From Proteromonas lacertae (Eukaryota), in the NCBI GenBank assembly GCA_002245135.1, contig NGBS01001160.1, forward strand, positions 310,001-374,000: 64,000 nt of DNA, given 5' to 3'. Shown here piece after piece: positions 1-13,204 of the stretch. How positions within the stretch are numbered: the stretch's first letter is position 1; the number at the start of each line of letters is the position of its first letter. The translations under genes and the position numbers were made by a program. The notes beneath the pieces were generated by a model. It had not been told where the DNA came from. It ran no database searches and was given only the letters and a program-made list of their open reading frames with translations.

Positions 1-579
1 ATCACCTCCTCCAACTGTTATAACAACAACAAATGCTGCTACTACTACTACACCACCAATATTTGATGAAACAATAATGTATGAGAGAAAAGAAGAGATT
101 GAAGTTTACGAAGAAAATAATAAAGATAGTAGAATATATTCAATATATTATCAAGATGATAATACTATTGTTATTCCACCTATAAATAATCCACCAGCTA
201 CATTTTGTAGTAAAGATAGTTCATCTTCAGAGTCACATTATAAAAAACTAAAATCCTTGAAAATTCAATTTGATTGGCCTGATGGGCAAGTGCTGGATTA
301 TTTAATTGATGTTGAATTGTCAAATCCAATAATGACAAGAAGGTTCAGACATAAACATCATAATACTCCTTCAATCACTGATAATAACACTTTTGTATAT
401 CCAGATCCAACAAGAATGAAACAAGAGAAGAAAAATACGACAGAATATAGTTATTCATCAAATTATTTAAAGAAAGTAGATTATATACGAAAATTACAAG
501 TATAGAAACATATTTTATAATTCTATAGGATAAAACTCGTGATAAAGAAATCCATGGCAATAAATCGAATATTTCTTAG
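1..579 (+). CDS. 3' part of hypothetical protein (5'-truncated by window edge)
   Basis: Frame is open from position 2 through ORF 77..505. A 29-nt GT-AG intron (500-528) leads to TAG at 577-579. No recognisable domain. Confidence 0.55.
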
Positions 580-831
580 CAAATGTAAAGTAATCAACTA
601 TTTAGTGTCTGTTTTATTTATAATTATTTGTTTTTATTCATTCAGTCATTCAAAATAATAGATTAAAATCAATTTACGAGTTTAAGGCTTGAGGATTCAA
701 ACGTCATTCATAAAAAAACGGCTTTTGATCTTTCACATCAATCGAAGTTTATATATATAGTTTTACAATTTTTTTCTGTTAAATTAAACCTTATACTCCC
801 AATATCCTCAATTTTGCATCAATAAATACAA

Positions 832-1495
832 ATGTTTAAAAATCAATATCAATCTGGATTTTTATCAATCTTATATAGCATAGGGTATTGTTATTGTTAT
901 TAGTATATTCCATAGGAGCAAACCACTTCAAATTTGGGACAAACAAGTTAGAAATGGACATATAAAAAGAATAACTGATCAAGATATTAACTCCAGTGTT
1001 CTAGAAATATGCGGTACTAATGTTAGTACTTGTTTTATTACATGCCCTGCCAATCCAAACAAAACTTTAGGAATTAAACTACCTTTCCTTGTAATGATCA
1101 TTAAGAATGTATTTATTTATCGTTTAATTTATGTTTTTACATAGATGAAAAAATACTTTACTTTTGAAGTTCAAGTTTTGGATGATAAAAACGTAAGAAG
1201 AAGATTCAGAGCCTCAAATTACCAATCGACCACACGTGTCAAACCATTTATATGCACAATGCCAATGAGATTGGATGATGGATGGAATCAAATTCAATTT
1301 AATCTTTCTGATTTCACCCGTAGAGCTTATGGTACAAATTATATTGAAACATTGCGTGTACAAATCCATGCCAACTGCAGAATACGAAGAATTTACTTCT
1401 CTGATCGTCTTTATTCAGAGGAAGAATTACCAAATGAATTCAAATTATTTACTGCTGTAAAGAAACCTGATGATGCAACTGGAACAATGTCATAA
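832..1495 (+). CDS. CFAP20: CFAP20/BUG22 (cilia- and flagella-associated protein 20)
   Basis: Spliced product [29 protein letters not shown]...[37 protein letters not shown]...[18 protein letters not shown]. Introns at 885-915 and 1109-1144. Confidence 0.97.
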
Positions 1496-1643
1496 ACAAT
1501 ATAATATTAACACATACTATATTATTTTTTTAAATTTTGTATTAAACAAAACAAACAACAAATTCATATAGTATTTTGAAATTATTAGGTAATAATATGA
1601 GATAGTTTCGATGAAGCAATTAAGATTATAGAATAAGGGTGAT

Positions 1644-4600
1644 TTATATATCACTTTCATCATCTTCTACTTCTACTTCTTCCTCTTCTCCTTCACCTTC
1701 CTCAACTTCAACCTCTTCAACTTCAACTTCCTCACTTCAACTTCTTCCTCTTCTTCTTCTTCCTTCTTCTTCTTCTTCTTCTTCTTCACCTTCCTCAACT
1801 TCTACTTCCTCTTCTTCTTCTTCTTCTTCCTCACCTTCTTCTACTTCAACTTCCTCATATTCCTCTTCTTCACCTTCTTCACCTTCGCCTTCTTCCTTTT
1901 GTTGAATTGGTTGACGTTGTCCATCTTCTACACTATATTCAACATTAGGTTCATTATCATAACTAGTGACTTGAGTTGATTGTTTGCTCTTATTATTCCA
2001 ATTAGTTGTTGAATTCTCTGCTCTTAATGTTCCATCTTCACCTGTAGTTGTTACTGTTGTACTATATGTATTACCTCCTAATCGATCACCTTGAGTTGGT
2101 GCATATTCTTGCTCAGAATCATCTGAATCTTCTAATTGAGCATTTTCATCAGGTAATGGTGTATCAAAATTTTCAGTTAAATCAAATCCTTCTGCATTTT
2201 CTTCTTCATACACAGCACGTGGTGATTCACTATCACTTCTATGAGATGTATGTCTTAAGGATGATGTCATTGGTGATTGTCTTAAACCTCGACCGTTATT
2301 ATCGTATGATACTTGAGGTCTCTTTGGTAATTTTACACCAGCAGTATCTGATTCTTCATCTGAATCTAACATAGTTGCACCTAAATCTTCAGCACCTTCA
2401 TCATCTTCATCAGTATTACGATAATTTCTTTCGTTATCACTATCATCACTATCGAATTCATCATTAGTACTACGTTTCATCTTTAAGGTTGATCTTAATG
2501 GAGTTTTTGCTCTCATTGTTGCTGTTGTAGACATTCTCATTGAGGATGACATCTTTCTGGAAGATGATAAATCATCATTAGGTGCAGTTGTTGTTGAGGA
2601 TAATACTGGAGCTCTAGTTTGTAAGGTTTCTACTTCTTTATGTAATTCAGACTTTGTACTGTCTACTTGGTCAATCATATTAGATAATTCAATAGTATAT
2701 CTCATCAACATCTTTTGTCTTTCAACTGAATCAGCACTATTTTCACTACCACTTAACATTGATTGATATTTATCTTTTTCGCCAGCTACTAATTCTAAAG
2801 CTCTTGTCTTTTCAGCTAATTCTTTTCTAATTGGTCCACTTGGTCCTTCTAATATTTCTAATCTTTGAATATTGGTTAAGTTACCCATACATTGTTCTAA
2901 ATCTTCATATGTAGTTTGACAAGATACTACTTCAGTCTTTACACCATCTTTCAATGTTTGAATGCTTTCTTGACATCTTATTATCTTTTGTTTTAATTCT
3001 TCAATGGTCTCATCTTTAGCTTTAGTTTCTTGTTCCAATTGTTTTACTCTTTTATCAGCTTTAATGCATTCATTAGTCTTCATTTCTAATTGACCTTCTA
3101 ATTCATTTACTCTATCAGATAAGTTCATTATTTGTTCATCTAATTCACTAGTGTCTTGTTGTTGTTGTTGTTGTTCTTGATGATGTGGTGATCCTCCTAA
3201 CTTTGGTGTAGAAGTTGATCTTGTAGATGTTGCAGTTTGTTCTAATTTCGTAGTAGAAGTTGATCTAGTTGTACTATTAGGTGAAAAGTAACCATTATTA
3301 GATGGTGAAGTACCTGTATATATATTTTGACGTTGATGTAATAATGTATAGCATGATTCTAATTCCCTTCTTAATGATTCAATTGTAGCTTTATCACTTA
3401 CTATATTCTTCTTTGGTGGGACATGGTTGATTTCATATAAACCTTCAGCAAACTGTAATGTTTGACATGAATCATTTATACTAGTCATATCAGCTGTAAC
3501 ATTACACATAAATACTACACCATAATTACCAATCAAGGAGTTCTTTAACATTTGGGTTAATTTACTATCACGGAAAGGAACATGAGCACTCTTATTCTTT
3601 AAAGCTGTTATGACTTTTAATAAACTAGATACTGACTTATTAATAATAGAAGTTTCTCTTAATAATTTACCACTATCTTTAGCAGCTGCATTAGCGGATG
3701 TAGATGATTCTAAAGTAGCTACAGGTTGTGGACTCTTATCAAAACTACCTAAATCACCAATCACTAATTTACCTGTACTATAGATTGTACCTTTCTCATT
3801 TACTTTACTTACTGTGCACATTACAAAACAATGTGATTTTGTACTAAATTGATTCTCAGTGGTTGGTATTACAGCTCTGTTGTTATTTCCAGTTGCTAAA
3901 TATTCAGCTAATGTATTAGAATCTTTGATTTCATACTCTGGTAATCCTTTTAATACAGTTTCTTCATTAGAATCAGTTTGTATAGTGATTTTAGCTTTAT
4001 CATTACCAATCAAATCATATAATTCATCACTATATAATTCACACATACTGATTTTTACTACATATTCAGTTCTTTGTGGTTCAGTACGTTCTAATATATC
4101 ATTTATTAATCTATAAGTTAAACCAATATCTTCATTAGGTCCCATTAATGTATATGTCTTACCAGAAGAAGGATGACCAAAACCATAAATTGCATAATTA
4201 TATCCACTAATTACTGCATTACTGATAAATGTGCATCTATCATGTATATCTTGCTGGGTGGAATCTGGTCCAAAACAGTAATCAAAATGATAATCATCAC
4301 TTATTTGATATTTCTGATTTCTTACATTGATTGAATAACTGTCGAATGAATGTAATACTATATCATCATGATATTCAGGTTTTATTCTACAATAAACTAT
4401 CAAATTTCCTTCTTTCAATTGGATTTCTTGACATAATCTATTGTTTTCTTCTCTGCATTTCTCTAATTGTCTTTCATGATAGAAATTTAATCGAATTACT
4501 GCATCATTCACTTGGGCTAAAGTGTCTTGATAATTGTGTAATATTTCATTTACCATGTGTCTGAAGGTTTGATAGGTTTCGGATACACTTTCTCCGGTTT

Positions 4601-5243
4601 GTGGGTGAGATTGTAAGAACTCTTCGATAATTGGTTCACAGGCATTTAAGTTGTTTAAAGCAGCAACGAAACTTTTCTTGATTTCCCAAATGTTGTTATT
4701 TTCATCTTCTTCATATTCAGTAGATCTTGGTTCTAAGTTGATAGATGATGATTTGAAGAATGGCTCTGGTTTGGCTGTTGGTATAGCCTGAGATGATTCA
4801 AGATTGTCTTGTCTTTGTCTTCTAGAGGGGGAGGAAGTGACAGATGATCTTTTTGACTTTCTTGTTGAATCCAATTGTTCATCTTTTGTGGTCTCTACAG
4901 AATTTGATCTCTTTGGTGGGGATGTATTGGTACCTTCTTGGACAGTTTGGATTTTTTGGATGGGTTGTTGCTGATTGAAGACTGATGTACGGAAAGATCC
5001 TTGATTAATTTTATCTTCAATAATCTTCTTCAAACTGACGAAATTTTCACGAAGGTTGGTCACAAAATTATTATAACTTTCGATATTCACCTCAGCTATG
5101 GAATCTAACAATGATTCCTCCAACAATGTACTAGATTGCTTAAATAATTCTCCCAACTCTTGTGTGACAGGCTTAAATGCAGGATCGTTTATTGTATAAA
5201 CGTCCTCACCGTTTCCTTGGCTATTTCTGAATGAACCGTTCAT
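1644..5243 (-). CDS. Kinesin-like protein (kinesin-14-like central motor, coiled coil, acidic tail) with degenerate switch motifs
   Basis: GNLIVYCRIKP, FDYCF, P-loop GHPSSGKTYT, HVPFRDSKLTQML. Intronless. The E/V/G-rich tail continues past the ORF end, via frameshifts at ~1730-1765, to TAA at 1644-1646. Confidence 0.88.
1655..1900 (-). repeat. Low-complexity GAA/GAG/GTT repeat encoding acidic EEEVEVEEGE tail
   Basis: Repeated tcttcttct/tcaccttcctcaacttc units on the + strand. Confidence 0.85.
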
Positions 5244-5340
5244 CAAAATTCACAACAGCTCTTTTCAAAATAATTTCTAATGCTTCTAAAACGGCTATAA
5301 AAATCATTTTTGAAATTTCATACTTCCCTATTACAAAAAT

Positions 5341-6316
5341 ATGCAATTTCAGATTTCTAAGATTTTCAGTAGATCATTTGGAACCAATGTAACAATAGAT
5401 ATGATCAAGCATTTACGTAAAATAACAAATGCTCCGCTAATGGATTGTAAAAAAGCATTGATGGATGATGATGTAAATGGTGATTACGATAAGGCCATCA
5501 GTTGGCTGCATAAAAAGGGTATTGCTGCAGCATCAAAAAAAGATACAAGAGATGCATATGAAGGTGTGGTTATTTTAAGATGTAATAAAGAAAATGGAAT
5601 GTTATTAACAGTATTTTTATACCTTTATCTTCTCATAGATCAATTCAGAAACAGATTTTGTAGGGAAAAATCAATTGTTTTTAAATCTTTCAAATTCAAT
5701 TGCAGATATTGCTTTTCAATCCAAAGTTCAAACAACTGATGATTTATTATCACTAAAATTACCATCAGGTAATAAAATAATCGATGAAGTTAAAGATCTA
5801 TCATTCAAAGTAGGAGAAAAAATCCAAATTGATGATATTAAATACATCAATAAAACAAATGCAAATTACATCAGTGGTGCTGTTCATGGACAATTGCAGC
5901 CAAATATAGGTAAATATGGTGCTTTAATATCATTAAATATACAACCAATGAATGTAAAAGAGAATGACACAAATTTTGAAAAGGTTGTTCATGATTTATG
6001 TTTGCATATAATTGCTGCTTATCCTTTATTCATTTCTAAAGATAAAATACCTCAAGATTATTTAGAATCGAAGAGAAGCAATTTCTTATATGAATTATCA
6101 GAGAAAGACCAGAATGAAAAAGTAAAACAAATGGCTGTAAATAAGAAGATGGAACAAATGTTTAATGATATTTGTTTGATGAGTCAAAAACACTCTTTAG
6201 TTGCTAAAAACCCACTTGTTAGTAGTTATCTCAAGAAAGTTGGTAAGAAAATGAATAGTACAATTGATGTTGTCGATTTTCAAAGGGTTCAGATTGGTAA
6301 AAGAACTCATATTTAA
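5341..6316 (+). CDS. TSFM: Mitochondrial translation elongation factor Ts
   Basis: Presequence-like N-terminus, IKHLRKITNAPLMDCKKAL, and INSETDFV after removing the 28-nt intron 5611-5638. Confidence 0.93.
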
Positions 6317-6471
6317 TTTATTTATTAATTCTGTAAAATATTTTCTGAATTTGATATATTGTGTAGTTTGAAACATATGTTGAAAGTTCAACCTAATTCA
6401 AATATGCTAGCTATGAAATTATGTTGGATATAAATAATTTTACAGTAATAAAGACACAAATGTCTTAAAAA

Positions 6472-9400
6472 TTAAATTACACTTGATATAGCTTCATACA
6501 CATCCACCAGTGATAGATCATACTCATTATCTTCCTTATCTAACAAAATTATATAAATAGGAGTATCAAATACAAGAACTTTCTGGATTTCTATCATAGA
6601 AATACACATCCTTCAATATCTGCTTTAATAATCTGATTTCTCTCTCACTAAGTGTGATTTTTTCAACTTCATCAAATAAATTCTTCTCACTAATGATTTG
6701 ATCACTATTAATACAATATACAAACGTAATTTTATACATTACAACTTGTGTATTTCTACCTCGTAATATCATAGCACATTCATCAAAATCAGTGTTAATC
6801 AAGTGAGGTGTCATTAATTTCAATAGGGCTAAGGCTATTCTTATCAAATATGGTGCTCCTTCTACAACAAATCTATCCATTATTACACCACAAATTGAAA
6901 CGGGGAAACATTGGAGAAACATGGATTGTAACCAATTAAAAAGGAATATATCCACTTTAATGCCAATAGTCTAATAGTAACATAATAATATTACAATATA
7001 TAAAAATACATTAAAATGATTATGTAATTTCTTCAAATGACTACCAAATATAGAATCAAAAACATTATAATATTCTTGAATGAGATTCAACTTCAATGAA
7101 TAAAATGCTATAAAATGTTCACTAGCAAACAAGTTCGCCAAACATTGAAATACCAAGTAATTAGATGGAATATGCAATGTCAATAATGCACAAACATGGC
7201 ACATTCCTTGTACATAACCAATATCAGGTCTAAAATAAGTATAAGCTTCTAGAACTTCCTTTGTCCTAATATGAAGTGGTTGATTTTGTGCAAACAAATC
7301 CAAAGATTCGAATATTCTTTTCACATCTGTTGGTATTAATTGTATGGATTTTTCTTTATCAATATCATTGGGATCTAAATCTTCTTCTAATTCTCCTTCT
7401 TCTTGGCCTATATGTCGTATAAAAGTGTCCATTTGTGCTCTTGTTCTGTATAATACATAAGTATCTGGTGTTATCTTTAAATGATTACCAATTGCCTTTG
7501 GCCAGAATACTCTTCTTAAATCTTCAGGAATACCTGACTTTATGAATGGTAATAATGATGTTGTTTTTCTATTTAATATATATTACAGGTTGTTATACTT
7601 CACAGAAAACCAATCATTTGCTATAGATTGATACCATCTTCTAGTTTCTGGACATATTAAACACTTCCTTTGTAGATATTTTCTTCTTGCGATAATATCT
7701 TGATTAATTGGTGGTAGTGGATGATAAGTTGGAGCTGATACTATATTTATAATAAATAATATAAATAATACAATCAGGTTTAGCTTTTACAATAACAGAA
7801 AAATTCATTAAACAACAAATATCAATAATAGTCTGATCATTACATTTATATTTCTCTTTATCATATTGAATCAATGTTGGAACTAATAAAATATCAACTC
7901 CTGAACTCAATGGAAAACCTAAACAACCATTTGTATTACTTCCCCATGCATATAGATCATTGTTTTCACATAAAGCAATATTATGAAAACTACCACATTG
8001 TATTTTTACAATAGGATTTGATTTATAGATATGATCAGGGAAATAGACTTCTTGTGGTTTATAACTTAATGATTTATTCTTTCCTATTCCAAGTTGGCCA
8101 AATTCACAACTACCCCATGCATACAATTTCTTAGTAGTTGTTAAAGTTAAAATATGATTTTGACCAGCTGAAATTGATTGAACAATTCCTGGTAAACCAT
8201 AAATACGTGTAGGACTATACACATCTTGTAGGTTCTTTTGTCCACATTGTCCATCATTATTTCTACCAGTACAATAGACTACTCCATCACCATCCACAAA
8301 ACAACTGAAATCACCACCACATGTGAAGAGAATAAATGGATGTTCTATCTTCTTATTATTTATAACATTATTATTTTGTAATATAGTAGGAACACATCGA
8401 TCTGTATGATCTTTTAAACCTAATTGTCCATGGTTATTTCTTCCCCATACATATATATCATTCTTATTAGTTTTAACTATATTATGTGCATTACCACAAC
8501 TTATTGATATTATCTGTTTATCGATTAGTGCTACTACTAATTGTGGTATTGGATAGTCTTTATATTCACCAACACCAAGTCTGCCATTATTACCAATACC
8601 CCATGTATAACATTCACCAGTCTTTGTTAATACTAAACTATGTTCTAATCCACAACTTATTTGTGATATTAATATATGATCTAATGATCTTAATAACATA
8701 AAATATGGAATTATTACTGGCATATCTCTGCTACTACCTGGTACATCTTCCAAACCACTACAAATATCAGATAAACTACCCCAACTATAACTGAATAAAT
8801 CACCTTTATCTGTGAGAAATAATAAGAACTCTGAACCACCTTTTACACATATTGGATTTCGATCTGTTGGGAATTGTATATGTGAATAGGGTAATATATT
8901 ACTACCATCATTAAATGGTAATTTACCCCAGCCATAGAGATTGGTCATTTTATTCAATAGATTCTCTTCATCAAATATCATAGTGTATAACTTAGAAGAT
9001 CTCATACTATTCTTAGCTGCATTGATAAATGAATTATTATCATCATTTTCTTTAACATTTTCTTTCTCTTCTAATGATAATGGTGATGATGTTAATTGTT
9101 GTTGTTGCTGTAATTGTAGTGTAGAAGATGGAAGTAATTGTTGTTGTTGTTGTTGTTGTTGAAGAGGAGATTCTAATGATAAGACATCATTTGTATGATC
9201 AACTAATACAACATTATTATTTTCAGGATTTAATAATTCAAATGAATTGGGTAAAGGAACTAGTTGAGGAGATGATTGAAATGGTACAGTTGCAGATTGT
9301 GATCTTGGAGAAGTAAATGGTACAAAATGTCTTGGTGAATTACTGCTATGAAAAGACTTACGTGTATTGATTGGATTTGGTTTAATAGATGATTTTGGTA

Positions 9401-10363
9401 AGATATTTTCTAAATTTGAATTGAATTCTTTTTGTTTTTCACTGTAGTCTATTATCTCTTGCATTAAGTGTTCTAATTGTTCAAATGAAATTGAATTTGT
9501 TTTTGATTCTTCTTCTGATTTTTCTTCTTTTGCTACAAACATGTTTGAATTGTTTAATGGTTTATTTAAATAACATTGTGTGGTTGAATATAGAAATTCA
9601 CCAATTATTGATACTAATGATTGAACTAATGCAGGAAACATGTTATTTTGATGTTTTTCTTGTTCTTTAAATTGATCTTCAATCATTTGATCTATATTTT
9701 TAAGTGTTTCTCTGAAGATGTTCAAGCTTTTCATCAAGCCTATTTAGAATAATAACAATAAAACACAATACTCTGGATTATCTCCTTTACATATTTTCAT
9801 GCTATTCAATGCATCAACCTTTTCTTGAATTACTATACGTTTTTGAGTTAGCAGTTGTTGTATTTGATTTAAAAAAGGATTGAAAAGTATATCAACTTGA
9901 GGCAAAACGAAATGTTCATATTGTTCAACAAATGGTTTAAATACCATTTCTTGGAATGATGATGAAAACATGTTTAAAGACTCTAGAGAATGTTTTAATG
10001 TTGGATCAGAAGAAAGATTCATTTCTTCTGATTGTAGATGAATTATATCTATTAATTCACTTAAATTCTTCGACCATTCATAAGATAAAGCAAGAAATGA
10101 TTTTACATGATCTTGAAAGGAACTAACACGAGATTTTATTTTATTGAATGTATTCTTTGCTGTTTCCGGTGTTACTAAATTGTTTTTGATAGGCTACAAT
10201 AAAATCAGGAAAGAAATACAATAAGATCAGGAGACTTAGCTCTTAATAAATTGTCACAATAATCTTCGATCACTGCTCCATTTACTGGAAGAGCAACCCA
10301 ACCAGCATCTATAACTATTATAATAAACACTATACCATTATCGCCATTGGATAAAGAAGTCAT
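6472..10363 (-). CDS. Multi-domain Rab-GAP: N-terminal helical region + RCC1 repeats + C-terminal TBC domain
   Basis: ORFs 9744-10022, 7704-9737, 6971-7432 and 6566-6955 join through short GT-AG introns. RCC1 repeats (CGLEHSLVLT..YTWG..GRLG). TBC R-finger IPTDVKR and Q-finger YVQGM. Confidence 0.85.
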
Positions 10364-10617
10364 TTTAATAATGACACAAAAATGACATGTCAAAATGTCA
10401 GAATTACGAAAAAGTATAAGATCCATATTTTGTGCTACAAATAATACATTAAGAAAGATAAATGTACATTTAAAACATTGAAACAGATTTTGTTGAAGAA
10501 ATAAGAAACAATTAAAAAAATGATTAAAATTCACTATATAAATCCTCATAAAACATCTATTATCAAAATTTTAATGGTAATATGTATTAATAAATATTAA
10601 ATAAATAAAATTCTCTT

Positions 10618-10849
10618 CTACTTAGCTCCAACTCTTTTAACTCTTGACATTCTTTCATCATTCATTTTCACTATTAATGAAAACATATCTTTTCCTGAAT
10701 AACCATTTTGAAGCAACGTCAATACCTATAATCACAAAAATAAATTATACGGCTCTCTCCATAGATTCTGGCATTTCCAACCCACTTTTTTCCATTAAAC
10801 TAATATATTCGGCTATATAATGTAATGATAATATATATATACAGTCCAT
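10618..10849 (-). CDS. 58-aa three-exon microprotein, possibly MOZART (MZT1/MZT2)-like
   Basis: ATG at 10849, introns 10813-10842 (30 nt) and 10726-10750 (25 nt), TAG at 10618-10620. Product MDSEYISLMEKSGLEMPESMERAVLTLLQNGYSGKDMFSLIVKMNDERMSRVKRVGAK. Confidence 0.7.
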
Positions 10850-10917
10850 TTTTTTAAATTGTTTATTGACCTAAATCTGACATTACATTTGTCATTGTTT
10901 TTCTTTTCAATTATCTC

Positions 10918-13087
10918 ATGATCAAGGTGATTATATTGGTTTTAATTTTGTCCATTACTTTTTCAAGTGCAATTAATCCTGCATGGGATGATAATCAAAG
11001 GAAAGATGATATTGTTTATGGTATTTTATTAAATGTAATACATAGATCGATCAACCAATTGTAATGTACTTTCTGCAGATTACTGATATACATATTGTAA
11101 GGCCTGATGAAGGTAAACAAATATCTAATTTTAATACTTTCTTTGAGAAAGTATTGCCAGAAATAAACCCATTAATGGTTATATCTACAGGAGATTTGAC
11201 TAATGGAAAGAAACCTATGTTGCAGAGTATTTTTTAAATAATTTTCATAAATAGCTGGTCAAATTCTTGAAGAATGGGAAAATTATAGAAGCATCATTCA
11301 AAATCACGGATACTATAACGAATCATTCTGGTATGATGTAAAAGGCAATCATGACTGTGTAAGAACAGGAAAGAAAGATAATTTCTATGAATATTCAGTA
11401 ACAGGTTATTACAATCGTTCAAACATCTATGATTTCTATAGAAATACATCCAATGGTGTATATCATTTCATAGGTATTGATACAGCCAGTCCTAGATGTG
11501 GATCATTGTTTCTATCTTCGATGGGTCATATAACTAGAAAACAGTTGGATAAATTGGATTTACTATTAGATAAACCAGCTAATCATACATTTGTATATGG
11601 TCATCATCCTCAAGGTATGATTGATATGAATATATTGAGTTCAAATGGAGAATCAATGAGTGAAATATTAAAGAAACATAAAGTGTCAATATATATAATA
11701 GGACATTTACATAATGTAGTTGGTCCATTTATTGCTGTATGTATTATTGTTTTTATCATTGTTTAATAGTATCACAGAAAGTATTCGCCTTACTGGGAAA
11801 TGGAAATGAGAGATTTTAAACAATATGCACAGTATTACTTTATATAGCTTTATTTTGTGTTTAGTTTTCGTATTTATGGAATTGATAATGATCTTATATC
11901 TTATGTTGATACAAACGTTGAAGAGTTCTTATCAAAGCCAATAGTGTTGATATTAAATCCAAAAGTATATATATATATATAATATTATATAATTAAAATA
12001 GGATACTAAGTTTCAAAGTGAAGTTGAACCGCTTTATAGAATGAAATATTCAAATATCATTAGGTTTATTGTATTTGGACATTGGAATATTACTTCAATA
12101 TCAATGTATATATCTTTATTGTTATAATAATATTAAATAGTAATATTGATGGAAAGAACATATACCAATCAAGATCCTTTAAAGATGTTTTAACTGATAA
12201 TATTTATTCCATACCCTACAACTCTTCAACATATTCAGCAGGTGAACATACTTTGCAAATAGTAATAACTGTTAATGACACAAAATCATTTACATCTGAA
12301 AGGATATTTACATTGAGTGGTGATTCAAAATTGTTTTCTCCTTCTTTATCTACATTTGTGCTGACTTTTCCATTATCATCTCTCACATATTATTCATTTT
12401 GGATTGTGGTTATTTTTATGTGGTTAATGCTACCAGTGTTTTATTATATGAATTATCGCCTTACAAGTAAAAGAAATAAAACTTTCACTCCAAAAGTATC
12501 TTATAATTTTAATCATTTATTTATTATTATAGGAAATAATAGAGATAAGAAATTCAATACTAGTAGATTATTTTAATCCTCCAAAATTTATAATGAAATA
12601 TAATTATTTAAATGAATTGTGCAACTTTTTTACATATCGTATGATGTTGTTTTATAACTGTAAATGGAAATGTTACTATTATTACTTCGTAATTTGTTAT
12701 GTACCAATATTTCCAATAGTATTTCAACAGACTTTTACAACCGATATGTATTTATGGAGTGTTTGGGGTAGTATATTTGTAGTTCAAGGTCAGTTGATGA
12801 ATTCCTTAGATTCACACATTTTATATTGTATATTTATGATAGTATTTTGGTTTCCATCAGTTTTATATTTGTGTTTATTTAATAATTATCGTGATTTAAA
12901 AGAATTAACTTCATTACCATTAAAGATTTCATTGTGGATTGTTAAGGTAATTCTATTATTCTTTGTTGTAGTTGGTTCATTAATTTTAATGTTTATATTT
13001 ACAATTTCGCTATTCCCAGATTCATTATATTCTCCACTATTATATAATTCAATGTATGTATTACTTTGCATTATTATTTTAAAATAA
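10918..13087 (+). CDS. TMEM62-like secreted metallophosphoesterase with C-terminal multi-pass membrane region (paralog 1)
   Basis: Signal peptide, then FLQITDIH, STGDLT, DVKGNHD, YGHHP and GHLH metallophosphoesterase motifs across several short introns. Hydrophobic C-terminus. Confidence 0.85.
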
Positions 13088-13204
13088 ATAAAAATAAAAA
13101 GTATTTGTTATGTGTTTTAAGAATTTCAAAAACATATTCTTTCATTTATATTTTTCTTTCACATAAAAATAAAATCATTCATTAGAATAGAATATATTAA
13201 AAAA

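Noticed and set aside
832..1495. CFAP20 as evidence of a flagellum
   Set aside because: CFAP20/BUG22 is retained in non-ciliated eukaryotes, so it is not diagnostic.
1639..1905. Ser-rich + strand ORF and other antisense ORFs (13223-13703, 19215-19547, 8941-9316, 15248-15688)
   Set aside because: These are shadows of low-complexity or biased coding sequence on the opposite strand.
12497..12531. GTATCTT-starting short introns (also 27794-27820 on the minus strand) as U12 introns
   Set aside because: Their length (27-35 nt) matches the major class, and the branch box is weak or absent.
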